Assembly (NCBI GenBank): GCA_051362555.1 | Contig: CM120642.1 | Span: 6,758,001-6,822,000, forward strand | DNA: 64,000 nucleotides | Origin: Lingula anatina | Taxonomy: Eukaryota; Animalia; Brachiopoda | Direction of reading: 5' to 3' | Shown here: positions 25,192-36,943 of the stretch, piece after piece | Layout of the letters: the number at the start of each line of letters is the position of its first letter | Numbering within the stretch: the stretch's first letter is position 1 | Program-made: the position numbers and the translations under genes | Notes under the pieces: generated by a model | Databases searched by the model: none | Told to the model about the DNA's origin: nothing | What the model saw: only the letters and a program-made list of their open reading frames with translations

Positions 25192-27664
25192 ACTTACAAC
25201 CCAGTCATTAGGTAACACTGGACAACGAAACAAAGGGGCGACTAGCAGTTGTAACTGCCATTGAATGAAATGTAAAAGGTGCGAAATCGGCCACCCCTTA
25301 ATGCGATCATTAACCAGCAAACAAAGCGTTGTATTGTAATTTCCACCGCCGACAAGCGGGTTATCAAAAAAAGTATGACAGTCCTTTTACTTCCACCATC
25401 GATCCCTAGGACGTACATGTACACATGAAAACAACATTGATAACTATTCTTGTTATAATGCACGAAGTAAATTGAAAAAAATTAAAACTATGTTAATTTG
25501 GACTTACTTCATACATGATGTTATTGTGTTCACGACAAAGGCTAATCAAATGCCATTAACCCTTAATGATTTGTTTGGGCGAACTCTCCTCCACAGCATT
25601 TGCACACGTATCAGTTAAAGATCTTCTTTTAATTAATCTATTTCATAATTCAAGGAGTTGCAGTAAACGAATGCAGTTATGTGACCGATCTTGCACAAAC
25701 ACTTAAGCCCTTGCCGTTAGGCAAATTGACACACTAAGTCATTTTTGATAATTTTTTCTAATGCCCAACAAGAATTTTTGCATGGAATTAATTTTCCACC
25801 GCTCAGCTGGCATTCAGTAATATATCGCGAGGACATTGCACTAACCGATGAGAGGCTGTGGTTTAAGCTAGATGCAACACTCGCCACCGAGCTGTACCCG
25901 AAAATTACTCAACCTGTGGCTCGACAATACGCTCGTTATATTTCAAGTTCGGCTCGGCGACTTGTATTGTATCTATCACTTATTACAATGTCCAGGTAGC
26001 TTACCCAGCTGTGGTTTTAATTATCGCTATTTAGGTTCCTTTCGAAACCAGCTTCGTCTCCACGAAAACAACATACATGTACAGTGTTTTGGATGTTACT
26101 CACACGAAGACCTGGCACGGCTTTGTCGTTGGTATTTTCTTTTTATTGTTTAGTGCTATCTATACCCCTATCACTTAACCTGAGAAGTTTCCAAACGTAA
26201 GGACAAAGAGAAAAGTGTGATGTATCGAGACAAAAGGGAGATCGGTAGATACGTCCAAAATTAGGGAGACTTCTGCCAAGATCGGAAGAGTTAATTGGTA
26301 TGGGCCACAGACTGATCGCTCGAGAAATTCACCAAATCTACAAAAAAAATCCTTCAAATGTATTAAATAGCAGAGGCCCATCCCCCTGATTGTAAGAAGC
26401 AAACAAAACAACGAGACGGCAGGTCGACATTCAGCCTAGAGCAAGGTGCAATACTGCCAAGTTGAAAGCTGTTAATTAAGTCGGATTATAGCGCGCATCA
26501 ATTTACTTCCCATCGCGCTTGTCGAGGACGAACTCCCGTCTCCAAGGGTCGCCCGTACAATAATTTACATATGTGCTCCTCCCCCTGTGCGCTTAGGCCC
26601 TGTATGAGTCCACGTCGCTATTGTTTGCTACCCGCACAGGCTTTTGTAGTTTATCAAAACAACCCATTGTCTCTCAGGGGGCGTGAGTACAGAGTTAATA
26701 CGTACATGGAGTATACGCATACGGATTGTCGCGCGAATTATGAGCACAACCAGTACAATTTCTTTCAATTTCTTGGGGTTATTAGCTTGTGATCATGAAT
26801 CTTGATATTCTACATAAATTTAGTTGTAAATTGTTCATTTATGTGGTGAACATTATTTCAGTCAAGTCATAACAAGACACATTAAACTTCACTGCGTAAT
26901 TCCATAATGTCTACATGGATACTAGTAGTTCATAATGCTATTATTATGTTTTTTTTTTCTAACCTACAGGTTTCTCTCTTTTCTGAGTGGCATGGCATTG
27001 GCAGGTAGAAGAAAAGGCCCTGAAGAAATTCTCACTTGGTTTTTCCTTTTTGGAGAAGAAACTGGATAAGACTGGCCAACAGAGATTGCATTAAATAAAT
27101 AGTGCTCCTTCATGACATTTTAAAATATTTTCAGTCACCTAACTGACTCTATACATTTCAAAAGTTGACATAAATTTTATGTTACTGTCACGTGGAAAAA
27201 AATCAAAACCTATATATAATTTGTTGAGTGCCATGGTATAACAGTCTACATGATTGCCAGTAAAATTTAAAAAATTAAACGAGACTTACCTTGGTTAAGT
27301 CGAAGTTTGATTTCAATTCTTTGAGTAAAGAATTGAGGGAGGGCTTAACTGAGATCCGGTTGCGCGCGCAGGGCACTTTTCAAAGTGTTTGTCACATTAA
27401 CCACATGGAATTAATTACATTAATTCCCCACAGCTCTCTTCCTCTATAATACAAGCAATGAGCTGTAACCCAAAGTTGGGTGGGAGGGTGGCAGTTAATC
27501 CCTCCCTCAATTCTTTACTCAAAGAATTGAAATCAAACTTCGACTTAACCAAGGTAAGTCTCGTTTAATTTTTTAAATTCTTTTTCGTAAGAAGAATTTC
27601 GTTGGTCTTAACTGAGACTTTAAAGCTTAATGTGACAAACATTTCATTCATTTCAAAAGATTCT

Positions 27665-28786
27665 TTATTTACCCAGAACTCCATCCTGGAATCTGTCTTG
27701 ATTACTTACAATGCGCTTGTCATAGAACTTCGCAAAAGTACTTTTCTTAGACCAACCAGCTTTGTCAATAATGACTGATATAGGTACTGCAGAGGCTTTT
27801 GCCTTAGAGGTAGCTGCAGCTCTAACACTGTGAGAGCTAAATGTATAAGTGTCTATACCAGCTCTACTCATAACAGTTTTTATCCATCTTGCTACTGTGT
27901 CTCTTGCGACATTATGATGTGGTTTCATGTAACTTATTAACAAACGTGCACAGTTCTTGTCATTTCTCATGACTTTCGTGCGAAACAAATATTCCTTCAA
28001 TACAGTATACACACAAAGCCTCCTGTCTGGAGGGTAGGCCTTAAAAGATACTGAAACAACATTATAACCTGGCCTATTTTGTTTTAAAGAACCATCTAAC
28101 TTGAACAAAAACTCAGTTCTCAATTTTTTATAACCTTGAAAACTTAACAACTGCAAAGTTTGTGTACGTGCAGCTTGAGTCAGAGCCATTAGCATCACTA
28201 GCTTTAATGTCAAATCTTTGAGAGTTATATGCTTAACAGGAGAAAGTTTCCTCAAATATGTCAATACTCTTTCAACATCCCACACCTCTGTGTATCTGGG
28301 TTGTGATGGTCTGGCTGCAAACACACCCTTCATGTATCTGATAATTAATGGGTGATTTCCAATTCTGAATCCATCAAAGTTTATTCCTAAAGCTGAGAGA
28401 GCTCCACGTGCAGTGTTCAAACTCTCATAACCCAAACCTTTATTAAATTGTTCAGTTAAAAACTCGATTACTGCTTCCAAAGTTGGCGAAAGTGGAGTAA
28501 TCGTCCTTTTACTACAGTACTGAAACCACCTGTTAATGTGTGTGTTATATTGTTTTTGTGTCCCTGTTTTCCAAGACAACATAAGTATTTTGGTAGAGTC
28601 CTCTGAAAATCCTCGTTCTCTGAAACTATTCCTGACACTTTGCAAGCAATCAGTCTTAATTTCCCTTCCAAAGGGTGTTTCAACTGCAGGTGAGGAAGTC
28701 TTAAAAGATTCTTCTTTTTCTGTATTATGACTGGTTTCTCCACCAACAATTCCATCAGTCTCGGAAACCATGCTTGTGTGGGCCAC
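27665..28786 (-). CDS. DIRS tyrosine recombinase (ORF3)
   Basis: Open ORF overlapping the end of pol. Motifs LTLKLVMLMAL...R, SHSVRAA and AGWS..STFAKFY fit the phage integrase-type RHRY tetrad. Confidence 0.93.
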   Translation of the reverse strand: MAHTSMVSETDGIVGGETSHNTEKEESFKTSSPAVETPFGREIKTDCLQSVRNSFRERGFSEDSTKILMLSWKTGTQKQYNTHINRWFQYCSKRTITPLSPTLEAVIEFLTEQFNKGLGYESLNTARGALSALGINFDGFRIGNHPLIIRYMKGVFAARPSQPRYTEVWDVERVLTYLRKLSPVKHITLKDLTLKLVMLMALTQAARTQTLQLLSFQGYKKLRTEFLFKLDGSLKQNRPGYNVVSVSFKAYPPDRRLCVYTVLKEYLFRTKVMRNDKNCARLLISYMKPHHNVARDTVARWIKTVMSRAGIDTYTFSSHSVRAAATSKAKASAVPISVIIDKAGWSKKSTFAKFYDKRIVSNQDRFQDGVLGK

Positions 28787-30326
28787 ATTGGTGCTACAAT
28801 GATTCCCTTGGCTCTGTCCTGTCTGACTTTCTGCACACAGTTTCCCAGTAAGCTAAAAGGTGGAAACAAATAAACTGAGTTAAAAGTTCCCCAGTCAATG
28901 GTAAAAGCATCAACAAAAGAGCAGTTTGGATCAGGCTTCCATGAACAATATGTTTCTACTTGAGCATTTATTCTAGATGCAAAGCAGTCTATATCTGGGA
29001 TTCCCCAAAAATTACATATCTTATGAAAAATCTTGCTGTCTAATTTCCATTCAAGATCATCCTTGAATTCTCTGGAAGCCTTATCTGCTGCCTCATTATT
29101 TTTGCCAGCTATATGTGTACATGTTAACCAGACATCATGTGATATACACCAAATCCATATGTCACATGCTACTTTATTACAGTTTTCAGAAACTGTGCCT
29201 CCCATGTTGTTAATGTATGACACTGCCGTAGTGTTATCTGACATCACCTTAATATGCTTTGACTTAAGATCACGTTTGAGGGACTTGAGTGCATTCAAAA
29301 TGGCCATTAATTCTAATACATTAATAGGCAATTTACCCTCTACATCCGTCCATCTACCTCCAATATTATTGTTTTTATAACTTGCACCCCAACCTAAAGT
29401 GGATGCGTCTGTATGTAAAGTCTCTGAGGGGTTTGGTCTAGCAATAACCCTATGCTGGGATTTCAAGTTGACAATCCACCAAATTAAATCTGACCTCATA
29501 CTGTTTGATATTATCATGGGTGCATCATAGTTACCCTTCGATTCTTGTAAAGCCTTAATCTTTGCTCTTTCTAACTTCCTATAGTACAGTTTGCCATAAT
29601 CCACAGCTGAAAAACTTGCTACTAACAACCCAATGACTCTCGCCACTTGTCTAATAGGTGCCTTTGAAACATAATACAACTCTTCGCATGCAGAAATTAT
29701 TTTCTCCTGCCTGTCAAGTGGCAGTGTTACTATCATTTTGTCAGAATCAATAACATTTCCCAAAAATTTTAACTTGCTTGTTGGTCTCAAAACTGATTTG
29801 TCTTCATTTATGATGAAACCCAATTTGGACGGAAGTGTAACTGTTGCATTTAAGTTCTCCGTACATTCTAAATCATCACAGCCAATTATTAAACTGTCAT
29901 CAATGTACCCTGAACTAACATAACCTAAACTTCTCAGTTTCCCAAAAACTGGTTTAAGAAGTTTTGTAAACAATCGCGGGCCTTCACTGACCCCATTGGG
30001 TAAGCAGGTATATTGTGTTAAGGTCCACTAAATGCATGTGATGAAATCACTCATTTACATATTATGTTTATACTTGTAATCAGTCAGCATATTATCATTC
30101 ACCTTACTTCAGTCTTGAATGAATATTTATCATCCTCTGTATAGGTATACCTGATATGTAGAACTGATATAACTTTAAAGTAGAAGCCCTCAATTGTTAT
30201 CTATTGCATTGCAATTAGTATTTAAATGAGTTGCTGCCACTGTGGCATGCAGATAGATTCTCTGGAGATAGTGTGTATAAAGGCTGAATGCTTGGACTTA
30301 ATAAAGGACTTTTAGACTTGGAACTG

Positions 30327-30362
<36 letters not shown>

Positions 30363-31540
30363 GGCAGCACAAAAATTCAAATTTAATTCCATTAGAATAA
30401 TGACGTCTTTGTACAGCAATGGAATAGACAATGAACTGAATTAATTACAATTGTTAGTTAAAGAAATGATATTTGACAGAATAATATATGGATTTTTTTG
30501 TAATTGAATCATGACATAGATATTTTGAATAAGTGTTTCGCTGTTTAAATTTTATCTTTGAGCATTCTGTGGAATCTTTATTTCAAAAAATTATGTAACC
30601 ATAATTTTTTTTTTGTGGGAAAAGAAGGAATATGTTAAGGTCCACTAAATGCATGTGATGAAATCACTCATTTACATATTATGTTTATACTTGTAATCAG
30701 TCAGCATATTATCATTCACCTTACTTCAGTCTTGAATGAATATTTATCATCCTCTGTATAGGTATACCTGATATGTAGAACTGATATAACTTTAAAGTAG
30801 AAGCCCTCAATTGTTATCTATTGCATTGCAATTAGTATTTAAATGAGTTGCTGCCACTGTGGCATGCAGATAGATTCTCTGGAGATAGTGTGTATAAAGG
30901 CTGAATGCTTGGACTTAATAAAGGACTTTTAGACTTAGAACTGAAGATGTGAGTTTGTAGTTATATTCCCTCTCCCATGCATCAGTGACAAGTAAAATAT
31001 TAGAAGAACCTGGGTAGGGTGGAACATGGACCCCTACAATTGGTAGATTTTATCTCTCCACTGGAATCTAAAAAATTTTTGCTGTTCATCTGCAAGTTTA
31101 ATTGAATAATAAGCATGACGGATATCGACAGACCCCATTTTTACATTTTTGGTTATCAATGGTAGGGTTTTCTCAAAGGTTTCCATCTTAAAATGCTGAT
31201 ATGGAATGAACCGATTTAATTTCTTTAGATTCAGAATTAATCTGTATTCACCATTTTCTTTTTGTCTCAAAAAAATCGGTGATAAAATTTGGCCTGCTTC
31301 ACTATTCACAGGAATAATCACTTTCATGTCCAATAATTTTTTAATTTCTATGTCAATAATGGACATTTCTAACCTATTAAACTTGCAATTTGATTTCACA
31401 ATGGCGGGAATCCCACCGTTGAAATCTAGATTAATATGACAATGCTTTACAATGTCAAGAATAAATAGGTCACTTGTAATCAGTTTCCATTGATCAATAA
31501 AGTCAGCCAATCTACCTGCTTCAAAATAATTATTTACCTC
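28468..31540 (-). pseudogene. DIRS pol (RT, RNase H, adenine-methylase-like domain), interrupted by the LTR insertion at 30016-31038
   Basis: Motifs RLILNLK, DIRHAYY, (Y)TCLPNG, YIDD, TDAS..GWG, INVLEL, SDNTTA, IDCFAS and YLFPPF. Removing the insert and one ATTG copy restores the frame KIYQ-YTCLPNG. Confidence 0.93.
30016..31038 (+). mobile_element. LTR-retrotransposon-derived insert: partial LTR + poly(A) + 3' internal segment with PPT + full LTR
   Basis: TG...CA ends with a 4-bp TSD ATTG at 30012-30015 and 31039-31042. 30016-30326 is nearly identical to 30633-30943. A32 at 30327-30358 and PPT GGGAAAAGAAGGAA at 30617-30630. Confidence 0.9.
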
Positions 31541-31542
31541 AT

Positions 31543-32640
31543 TTATTGCTTGGGCAGATTCCTCTGTCCCCTGCGTACATACTTTTTTGCAAAAGAAGGC
31601 CCTGCTCCAGGATCATCCTGCCACACTCTGGGTCTTCCCCCTCCAGTAGGTCGATTAACACCTCTGTACACAGATCCACGGCCTCTGGCACCACGTCCTC
31701 TACGTCCTCTGAGAGATCTGTCAAACAAGTTATGTTTGATTTTTGAGCAATCCTCTATATCCCTTGCCATTTTGGGAAGATCGTCTCCAAATAAAAATTT
31801 TTGGCTGTAAGCCAGCTCATGACTGCAGAGGTGAGCATATTCTCCGCTCAATTGCGGTTTCAAAAAATCTTTCCTTGTCATATTTATCTGCCTGTTCATA
31901 TGTCCCATGAGTGCTAGGACATCATTGCAGTTTTCGATCATGCTGCCAATATGATCACTCGTGTCCTTTTCTGGATTCCTTTCGTATAAGGCCATCTGGT
32001 TTACAGTTTTAACTAAAATGTTTGCACCTTTAACCAAAGTATGTGCTATGTTTTGCATTTTCCTATCGTTTGCTTTGGTCCAACCTGGGACCTGGTCCCA
32101 TATCAACTGGTTGGTTTTCACGACTTGCAGGTAATCACGGTTACCTGGCCTGTGGTTCTGTTTTATCAACTCGTTTAAATGTTGTTCGTCCAGGCCATTC
32201 ATAAAAAGATCGTTCACAGTTTTGGCCAGCACATCATCCACGTTGTCGGCCATTTCCTCCGACATGTTAAACTTCTTGGCCATGTGCTTAAACAGGTTGT
32301 CTTCCGTGTCGGGAAGATACGAGTCCAACTTCCTTTTTTCACCCGATGTGCCTGCCTCCTCCGGCTCAACACATTCATTATCGACGTAAACTTCGTCGTC
32401 ATACTGAGAATATTGCGCCTCCATATTATCAATACGGCTGACGATGTTCTCTAACCTGCCGTCCTGAGCGTCCACAGAGGCTTTTAAAGATACCAGTAAT
32501 GACATAATATTATCCTCTGACGAGGATTTCTCCACAGACTTAGGGTTTTTGGAAGCCGACTTCCCTTTACCCTTCCTGCCATCACTCACGTGTTCAGGTC
32601 CATTTTTAGTAATGGTACTACATGTAGTTTCGTCCGCCAT
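31543..32640 (-). CDS. DIRS gag-like ORF1
   Basis: Open ORF from the likely ATG at 32640 (MADETT), with a coiled coil, HLC...LFGDDL and an RG-rich tail, upstream of pol. Confidence 0.88.
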   Translation of the reverse strand: MADETTCSTITKNGPEHVSDGRKGKGKSASKNPKSVEKSSSEDNIMSLLVSLKASVDAQDGRLENIVSRIDNMEAQYSQYDDEVYVDNECVEPEEAGTSGEKRKLDSYLPDTEDNLFKHMAKKFNMSEEMADNVDDVLAKTVNDLFMNGLDEQHLNELIKQNHRPGNRDYLQVVKTNQLIWDQVPGWTKANDRKMQNIAHTLVKGANILVKTVNQMALYERNPEKDTSDHIGSMIENCNDVLALMGHMNRQINMTRKDFLKPQLSGEYAHLCSHELAYSQKFLFGDDLPKMARDIEDCSKIKHNLFDRSLRGRRGRGARGRGSVYRGVNRPTGGGRPRVWQDDPGAGPSFAKKYVRRGQRNLPKQ

Positions 32641-35600
32641 GACACCACGTGTCCAGAAGCAGACGACGAAACCTGACTGAAATTGCGCCAAGTACCGTTG
32701 CAAACGGCAAGACCACTGTCTATAACGATATAGCATGCACCACGTGCACAATAAAAATCACCCAAAACCACGTTTCGGTGAAAAAGATCAGCGCCACTAG
32801 ACAAATTCGCCCTTCAACCAAGGAGTATTGCACCAAGACTCCTTGCTTCAACTAGCGTGCAACCTAAAGTGCCCTGCGCGCGCAACCGGATCTCAGTTAA
32901 GACCAACGAAATTCTTCTTACGAAAAAGAATTTGGACTGTTTCAGTGAAATTTCTTTAAAGCAGTCACTTACTGGCCCAGTTAATTTTTTCAGCTGTAAC
33001 ATGTACTCCAGTTCATTTTATAAATGTAATTACTTAGTGTTCTCTTGATTTATAATAACCTTTTGAAAATCCTATGTTTTTTATCCTATTTGTAAGAATT
33101 AGCCACTTTATCTTCTAGGTTTTTTTTTTTTCATTTAGCCCATTAGATTCTCAGACCTTGCTGGCCTGTGAGTGGAATAGTATCTGGCACAGACTGGTAT
33201 CAGCAAGTCAGATAAAAAAGAATATAATTATTTCTATTTGCACGGTTGAAAAAAATTCCAACACGGACTGCATAAAACTGGAAAACTATAGCAACTTAAT
33301 CATTCTTATGACTTCATTAATTACTGCTTATGTGTAAAATTTTGTTTTTGTTCTTCTATTGATATAATAAAATGGTTTTACTCACAGATGCTACTATCAT
33401 GATGCTTGAGTATAGAGTTGACTTAAAAGATATTTTAAGTTAATATAGTAAATAATAGTTTGAAATTCAAAATTCTCATCTTTATTTGTTTCACTTTAAA
33501 GAGCTCAGTTAATACTAAAATTTCTGATATATTTTGAATATAAATATATTTATGAATGAATAAAAATTATACTTAATGTTAAGCACTGTGCACTTGTTTA
33601 CCGACAAATAAGAAGTGTTAGTATGTGTCAAAATAATCCTGAAAATAAAAAGGGAGATTTCCAAGATAAAGAAATTTATAACGAGTATTTAGTAAACTGA
33701 CATGTCGTGGAATTGCCTCAACCTTTGATTAAAATTTCACTTTAATGCATTATGATATTAAAATTATACCGAGTGAGAGAAAAAAATACTTAAAGAAATT
33801 AAAAACCAGTCACAAAGCTTAGGCACTGTCTCAATGTATATGTTTATAGGACCAAAGGGCAGGGGGGTCCAAACGTTTATGTATTAACATTATGCCCTTT
33901 GGCAGTGAGGACAGACGTTCACTTGAATGTCCTTTTCACAAACCACAGTTGGGACGTTTTCTTTTGACTTATCCTTGGTGATTTTTCACTGTGTTGTGCA
34001 AAAGAAAAGCCATCTATCACCGACTCGAAAAAACTCATGGCGACCATCCTCAGTCACCACCTTATAATCGCTTTCTATGATATCGTTCCCTCCCAGCACA
34101 TCGTCCAAATAACTACCTGTGAAAAAAATCGTCAGCATACAGCGCCGCTTTGACACTACTAATCTCGAATTCTAACGCGAATTAACGCATATAAAATCAA
34201 TCTCCAAGCGGAGGAGAGCGACCCAGACGAAACCTTGAGACAGGAGCCCCCCCGTAGCTAGCTCCGCCCACCGTAACAGACATCGGACAATAGAGAGGCT
34301 TGCGTGTAATCTCCTTCTGTTATAACTCCTTGGAGAAACTAAGCAAAGGTGAGAGACTGAGCTAATGCAATAAGCATTTGGTCCTCTTGGGATTTCATAA
34401 TTCTTAGTGACGTAACGACTTAATTACGTTGGTAACCAAGCTCTTAGTCAGGGAAACCGACTTTAGTTTTTTTCTGAAACAGGGGCCAGGCCTACCCAAC
34501 TACCAGACGCGTCACGGAAGGATCCAGAATTCAATGTAGATCGGATCACGTTACCGGTTTTCAATGTGTGTATCAGTATGCGCTTCGAAGTATCTGACGC
34601 GGGACGCGTACTTCGAAGCGACAAATAAAAATAAATAAATATTAAATACAGCAGACGTCCTGGTTAAATGCAACAATTGGGTCTTAATTCTTAACTATTT
34701 TTTTCATTTTTGTTGACTTATAACACCGTGCTATAAAGATCTTCTCAAGAAAAAAATTTGCTTGGGTAAAATTGAGTACGGAATGAACTGGAGACACTTG
34801 GCTTGTCATTAAGTTTACACGAAAATATGTCAGGTAACTTTATACTGTCTTTGAAAGAGTAAAGATTGAAAGATAATTTTAGACAAACTTGGACGGGGGA
34901 AATACCTACAAAGAGTAATGGGCTATTTCGCCAACATCTTGTTGAAAATTTTACACTGCAATTCTATTCAAATAAGCTAAGGAACTAATTGCCAAATTTA
35001 TACTCTCATCACATAACAGGGGGGTAACCAGACCTGCAAAAATTGTACGCACATATTTAAAAAAATTACAAGCACATACAGCAAAATGTAGACTTACGCA
35101 AAACATGAAGGACAGCGTAATCACAGCAAATGTACCTCATATACATGTAGTAGCTTAATTTCCATTAATAATAAAATCATCATTTAAGTCAAAAATATTC
35201 TCGCGATTTAATAACTATTTTAATTTACCCAGAACGGTATATTTATTTTAAAGGCGGTTAACTGAAATATAGTTTTATGATTTGTTTGTAAAAATTGCCC
35301 ATGTCACCCTGTTAGTTTGGAGGTCTAAGCTGGATCAAGTCCGTGTTAAAATTCCTATGAAGTTGTGCAGGAAAAATTCTTCCTTTCTTTCTCTAGCTCC
35401 TCGATAAACCTGGTGTTCAGATTTTATCTAGTACCCCCAGGTCTACGGGAGCTGCGCTTTGTAACTAACGCACAGGTAGATTTTTACCTGAGATAACTGG
35501 AGTAAAGCTTAGATAGAGAGTGCGTTCGATACAAGCAAGACAAATTGAATGCCATTTAACCCTCTAATTAAGAGGTAAAGGAAGTTCCAGTTAGATGGAT

Positions 35601-36528
35601 GATTAAGATAGGACTTGTAAAGGTAACGGGCATTGTTTACCTCGATCAGTTTAATAAAAGTATGCAAGACGGAGTGTCAGCGGTTTAATAAAATAAATTG
35701 AATTTCACAAATAACATGGACCTCATATGCAATAATCAACATTTCCCTTAACTCATTCAAATGCAGTGTTTTATACAACTTGGGATAACCATAATGAAAT
35801 GCTTGTTAAAGAAATGACTAGACGGGAAATGGTTTTACACAGCTTCACGAGGATTTAGATCCCTCGGGTAAGAGATTTGAATGAGTATAAACTTTTATCA
35901 GAAACCAGAGAAGTCATCTTACAGGTAGACAATGCAGCTCAGTTTGACAGCTAAGCACGCTCTGTTCTCCAGTGGCTCGATTGTCGTCATCGGACCACGT
36001 GACCACGTAGCTCATTAACTCCCAGGCTGAGCAAATAGGTCGTTTTTTTAAAGCCAAAAATTTACAAAATGAGCTTTTAATTTGTGTATTTGGATAAAGA
36101 TATCGTTAGTTGGGCATGTTTTCTGAAGAATATGTTCCGTTGAAGCCATTCTGACGGTATGAAGCAAATCCTTTAAGCCCCCTTTACAATGGACAGTGCG
36201 ACCAAGAAACTGTGGTTGTAGAAAGGCAGCACAAGCATCACTTTGGTTGCAAAATGAATGCTCAATGATCCCAGTTGTTGGCACATAAAGTTGCTGTACT
36301 GTGGGAGGCAGAAAGGATGCCTTCCAGTGTAAAGGAGCTATTAATACATGTAGGTTTAATAATTTTCAGCATTCCATCTACAGATACCCCCCCCCCCTCC
36401 CCCGAGTTTCAAAACAGGTGAAAACTCTCTGCTGTAAGTATTGTAAAGGCACATCTGAATATTGATCCAGGGAAGGCATGAATACATCACCAAAATATCA
36501 AGATAAATTTGGAAGACTTTCATCTTTT

Positions 36529-36943
36529 GAAACTCGGAGTATCCATAACTATCCTTTCAGAGCAAACGATCACAGAGAAACAACAAATGGTTGATATTTA
36601 AGCAATCACAGGACATTTATTTCAGATATATACTGTAATTTCACAGACATATTTCACTCCGTTTTAAAAACTTGACTACAACAGTGCAGATATGTGATGT
36701 ATCAGTCCAAAATAAACTATGGGAATTAAACATGGAAACTATGGAAACTCGGAGTATCCATAACTATCCTTTCAGAGCAAACGATCACAGAGAAACAACA
36801 AATGGTTGATATTTAAGCAATCACAGGACATTTATTTCAGATATATACTGTAATTTCACAGACATATTTCACTCCGTTTTAAAAACTTGACTACAACAGT
36901 GCAGATATGTGATGTATCAGTCCAAAATAAACTATGGGAATTA
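36529..36943. repeat. 200-bp direct duplication with a 15-bp spacer
   Basis: 36529-36728 appears identical to 36744-36943. Confidence 0.92.

Larger units (their letters stand above)
27264..32933 (-). mobile_element. Structurally complete DIRS1-like retrotransposon (ITRs + ICR, gag, RT/RNaseH/MT, YR)
   Basis: ITR match between 27344-27378 and 32867-32901. The ICR at about 27500-27617 is complementary to both termini (27264-27342 and 32891-32933). Three overlapping ORFs. Confidence 0.95.
20303..34332. mobile_element. 14-kb P-element-like DNA transposon (non-autonomous or degenerate) with nested insertions
   Basis: Perfect 31-bp TIR CAAGGAGTTATAACAGAAGGAGATTACACGC at 20303-20333 and 34302-34332. 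7-bp TSD GAGAAAC at 20296-20302 and 34333-34339. Confidence 0.82.
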
